A DNA stretch of 10,155 nucleotides from Vulcanimicrobiota bacterium. Lineage in GTDB: Bacteria > Vulcanimicrobiota > Vulcanimicrobiia > Vulcanimicrobiales > Vulcanimicrobiaceae. The position numbers and the translations under genes are program-made. Under the pieces are notes generated by a model. The model did not search any database. It saw only the letters and a program-made list of their open reading frames with translations, and was not told where the DNA came from. How positions within the stretch are numbered: position 1 is the first letter of the stretch; every line of letters begins with the position of its first letter. Location of the stretch: contig PLCF01000067.1 of the NCBI GenBank assembly GCA_003135555.1, positions 1-10,155 of the forward strand, given 5' to 3'. Below, piece after piece: positions 8,057 to 10,155 of this stretch.

Positions 8057-8907
8057 CGGTTCACGTCGCGCGCTTCGAAGGTCGCCGGCGCAGCGCTGGT
8101 CTCGGCGAGATGCTGTTGGAGCCGGCGCCCGAGATACACGCTGCGGTGCCGTCCGCCGGTGCAGCCGATCGCAATCGTCACTTGCGACTTCCCCTCGTGC
8201 TCGTAGCGCGGGATCAAGAAGTCGAGCAGCGGGAACAAGCGCGCGACGAAGTCCTCGGTATCGGGGATCGCTTCGAGGTAGGCGGCGACAGCGGCGTCGG
8301 CGCCGGTGAGCTCGCGCAGTCCTTCGACGTAGTTGGGATTGGGAAGAAAGCGTACGTCGAAGACCAGATCGGCATCGAGCGGGACGCCGTACTTGAAGCC
8401 GAAGGCGACGACGGAAACCCGCAACCGGCGGGCGTCGGCGCCCGCAAAGGTCGTGCCGATGCGGTCCTTGAGCTGACCCAGCGTGAGGCGCGTCGTGTCC
8501 CACACGAACCCGGCACGGTCGCGCAATGCGGCGAGCGAGGCGCGCTCTGCCGCGATCGCCTCGGCGAGGCCGGTCCCGGTTTGCCCGTACGGATGGCGGC
8601 GGCGCGTCTCGCTGTAGCGCCTGATCAGCGTCTCGTCCTCGGCGTCGAGGAACAGGACGTCGGTGCGAAAGCCGGCCGCTTCCAACTCGTCGAGCGCCGC
8701 GACGGCCTCGCCGAACGGGCCCAACGTGCGCACGTCGAGCGCCAGCGCGGCGTTCACGTACCCCGCCTCTGCGGCGAGCGTGACGAAGGAACGTGCCAGG
8801 ACCGGCGGCGCGTTATCGAGACAGGCGAACCCAAAGTCTTCCAGCGATTTCATTGCCTGGCTCTTGCCTGCACCCGAGAGCCCCGTTACGATGACGAGAC
8901 GGCGCAT
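8053..8907 (-). CDS. rapZ: RNase adapter / P-loop nucleotide-binding protein RapZ (YvcJ)
   Basis: Start at ATG 8907 (MRRLVIVTGLSGAGKS, Walker A). Motifs 'RRYSETRRRHP', 'FGFKYG', 'DVRFLPNP' and 'GCTGGRHRSV'; 284 aa. Confidence 0.95.
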   Translation of the reverse strand: MRRLVIVTGLSGAGKSQAMKSLEDFGFACLDNAPPVLARSFVTLAAEAGYVNAALALDVRTLGPFGEAVAALDELEAAGFRTDVLFLDAEDETLIRRYSETRRRHPYGQTGTGLAEAIAAERASLAALRDRAGFVWDTTRLTLGQLKDRIGTTFAGADARRLRVSVVAFGFKYGVPLDADLVFDVRFLPNPNYVEGLRELTGADAAVAAYLEAIPDTEDFVARLFPLLDFLIPRYEHEGKSQVTIAIGCTGGRHRSVYLGRRLQQHLAETSAAPATFEARDVNR

Positions 8908-9285
8908 ATGAAGCTCTTTTCGGCCGAGAAAGCCAACGCCCTCATCCCGGTGCTGGAGCCCCTGCTCGAGGAGCTCTGGGAGAAGCGGCGCGACCTGGCC
9001 ATCCGCTTGCTCGAGTCCGACCCGGCCCTGCGCACGGGCCGTTCCGACCCTGCGCGCGAGCGCCGGCGCTCGCGCACCTTCACCGAGCTTAAAGCCGAGA
9101 TCGTGCGGCTGATCAACCGCATCGAAGCGCACGGCTGCGTTGTAAAGGACCTCGATCTGGGCCTGCTCGACTTCCCGTCGATGCGCGAAGGCAGGCCGGT
9201 GTATCTCTGCTGGAAAGCGGGCGAGGTCGAGCTGACGCACTGGCACGGCACCGACGAGTCCTTCGCCGACCGTAAGGCGCTATAA
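8908..9285 (+). CDS. DUF2203-like protein
   Basis: Start at ATG 8908 (MKLFSAEKANALIP). C-terminal signature 'GCVVKDLDLGLLDFPS.REGRPVYLCWKAGE..LTHWH....FADRK'; 125 aa. Confidence 0.85.
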   Translation: MKLFSAEKANALIPVLEPLLEELWEKRRDLAIRLLESDPALRTGRSDPARERRRSRTFTELKAEIVRLINRIEAHGCVVKDLDLGLLDFPSMREGRPVYLCWKAGEVELTHWHGTDESFADRKAL

Positions 9286-9291
9286 TGCAGC

Positions 9292-9309
9292 GCCGCTCCG
9301 AAGGGCGGC
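9292..9309. terminator. GC hairpin between convergent genes (possible terminator or stabilising stem)
   Basis: GCCGCTC-CGAA-GGGCGGC forms a 7-bp stem. There is no U-tract on either side. Confidence 0.3.
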
Positions 9310-9328
9310 AGGGTGGCGCGGGCGAGCT

Positions 9329-9736
9329 CTATGCCGGGACGGCGGTGGCGTCGACCTTGATGAAGTCCTCGGCCAGACCTTGCAGGCGGACCTCGCCGAA
9401 CACCACGGTATAGGCGCCGGCCGCGAGGTCGGTGACCTTTCCGAACTCCTGAACGCTGGCGAGCTGCGGGATCTTCGCGCGAATCTCGTCGGGCAGCTTG
9501 ACCGTGTCGCCGACCTCGAGCGCAGGCTGCTCGAACAGCTTCTCGAGGTCCGCCATGAGCAGGCCCAGCGGGATGCCGTAGCCTTCGCTGACCTGCTCGA
9601 TCGTCTCGGTCTCGCTGATCGAACAGTGCGAGCAGCCGCCGAGGTGGAACCGCGCGAAGACGCGCTTGGCCCCGGCATGTGTCTTGAACGCCTGCTCGAC
9701 CGTTTGGTCCTTGGTGAAGTGGGCCACGGTGGACAT
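9329..9736 (-). CDS. DUF1858-like (CxxC redox/disulfide-associated) protein with C-terminal SH3/KOW-like domain
   Basis: Start at ATG 9736 (or 9739) after SD GGGAG. N-domain 'FTKDQTVEQAF..H..AKRVFARFHLGGCSHC.ISETETIEQ....YGI....LMADL'; C-domain 'LEVGDTVKL...GKV...YTVVFG'. Confidence 0.7.
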   Translation of the reverse strand: MSTVAHFTKDQTVEQAFKTHAGAKRVFARFHLGGCSHCSISETETIEQVSEGYGIPLGLLMADLEKLFEQPALEVGDTVKLPDEIRAKIPQLASVQEFGKVTDLAAGAYTVVFGEVRLQGLAEDFIKVDATAVPA

Positions 9737-9993
9737 CATTCTCCCAAACCGGGAAGCGACCCCGCCGGTTGCGGCGCGACGCCGCGCGCCCACGACGCCG
9801 CATCGATGGTGCGCCGCAGCGTCTCGATCGGTGATGTATGTGTTTCGGGAGAAGGCGCGGAGGGCGCCTGTACGCCGGATTCTGTCAAAGCCTCCGAAGA
9901 GGCCGTGGTCGTCATCTCTCTGGGGCCGGCCTCACGGCCGACCTCGGTGCGACGTTTGCTCGTTCCGCCGGGCCGGCGGCTCCGACCGACTCG

Positions 9994-10020
9994 GTCATCC
10001 CGAGCCGGTCGAAGAAATGA
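9994..10020. repeat. REP/RPE-like element inside the rnpB P15-P17 domain
   Basis: GTCATCCCGAGCCGGTCGAAGAAATGA with TCAT/ATGA inverted ends. Its orientation is opposite to the other two copies. Confidence 0.7.
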
Positions 10021-10109
10021 GCAGTCTTGCTCCAGGTGGGGTTTACCCGCGCCCGCGTCACCGCGGAGCGCCGTGCGCTCTTACCGCACGATTTCACCCT
10101 TACCGCCGC

Positions 10110-10128
10110 GCCTTCGACAAGCTCCGGC
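10110..10128. repeat. REP/RPE-like element at the tip of rnpB helix P12
   Basis: GCCTTCGACAAGCTCCGGC. CCTTCGACAAGCTCCGG differs from the glxK copy CCTTCGACAGGCTCAGG at 2 of 17 positions. Confidence 0.75.
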
Positions 10129-10155
10129 ACGGCGGCGGTATGTTTCTGTGGCACT

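Larger units (their letters stand above)
9858..10155 (-). ncRNA. rnpB: RNase P RNA, bacterial type A (5' part lies outside the window; 3' end approximate)
   Basis: The minus strand carries conserved blocks in the right order: AGUGCCACAGAAAC-AUACCGCC, GGUAAGGGUGAAA, GCGGUAAGAGCGCAC, GGUAAACCCCACCUGGAGCAA, AGAGAGAUGA and GACAGAAUCCGGCGUA. Also seen: P17 with GGCCC loop (9965-9979), P18 with GUGA loop (9925-9942) and P19 with C(UUCG)G (9889-9904). Confidence 0.97.

Noticed and set aside
8057..8503. N-terminal extension of the 596-aa yvcK ORF
   Set aside because: It overlaps rapZ out of frame and is Arg-rich noise. The ATGA-coupled start at 8056 fits the family.
8110..9246. Long mutual extensions of the rapZ (to 9246) and DUF2203-like (from 8110) ORFs
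   Set aside because: Each extension is the antisense reading of the other gene. Family similarity begins only at 8907 and 8908.
5659..10128. CRISPR array or autonomous IS as the source of the repeats
   Set aside because: The copies are dispersed with no regular spacers, and no cas or transposase gene is in the window.
9838..10154. ORFs 9912-10154 (-) and 9838-10020 (+)
   Set aside because: They overlap the RNase P RNA. The 'PELVEG' and 'VIPSRSK' peptides are just translations of the repeat.

Overview
High-GC bacterial chromosomal window of housekeeping and accessory genes. It contains an alpha/beta-hydrolase esterase, a secreted helical protein, a reverse-transsulfuration pair (cystathionine beta-synthase with CBS domains plus a cystathionine gamma-lyase/synthase), a DUF5069-like protein, a lipoprotein, glycerate kinase, a Cys-rich secreted protein, rapZ-yvcK (no whiA), a DUF2203-like gene, a CxxC DUF1858-like protein and the 3' ~300 nt of a type A RNase P RNA (minus strand, cut by the window edge). 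The most interesting signal is a short palindromic REP/RPE-like repeat (core CTTCGACmrGCTC). It sits in-frame inside glycerate kinase (encoding PSTGSG) and twice, in opposite orientations, inside the RNase P RNA (P12 tip and P15-P17 domain). That RNA also appears to lack the L15 GGU CCA-binding motif. Other points: rapZ and the DUF2203-like gene start back-to-back with no intergenic base (CATATG), and a structured leader downstream of rnpB could sequester the next gene's SD. All family assignments come from motif recognition, not database searches.
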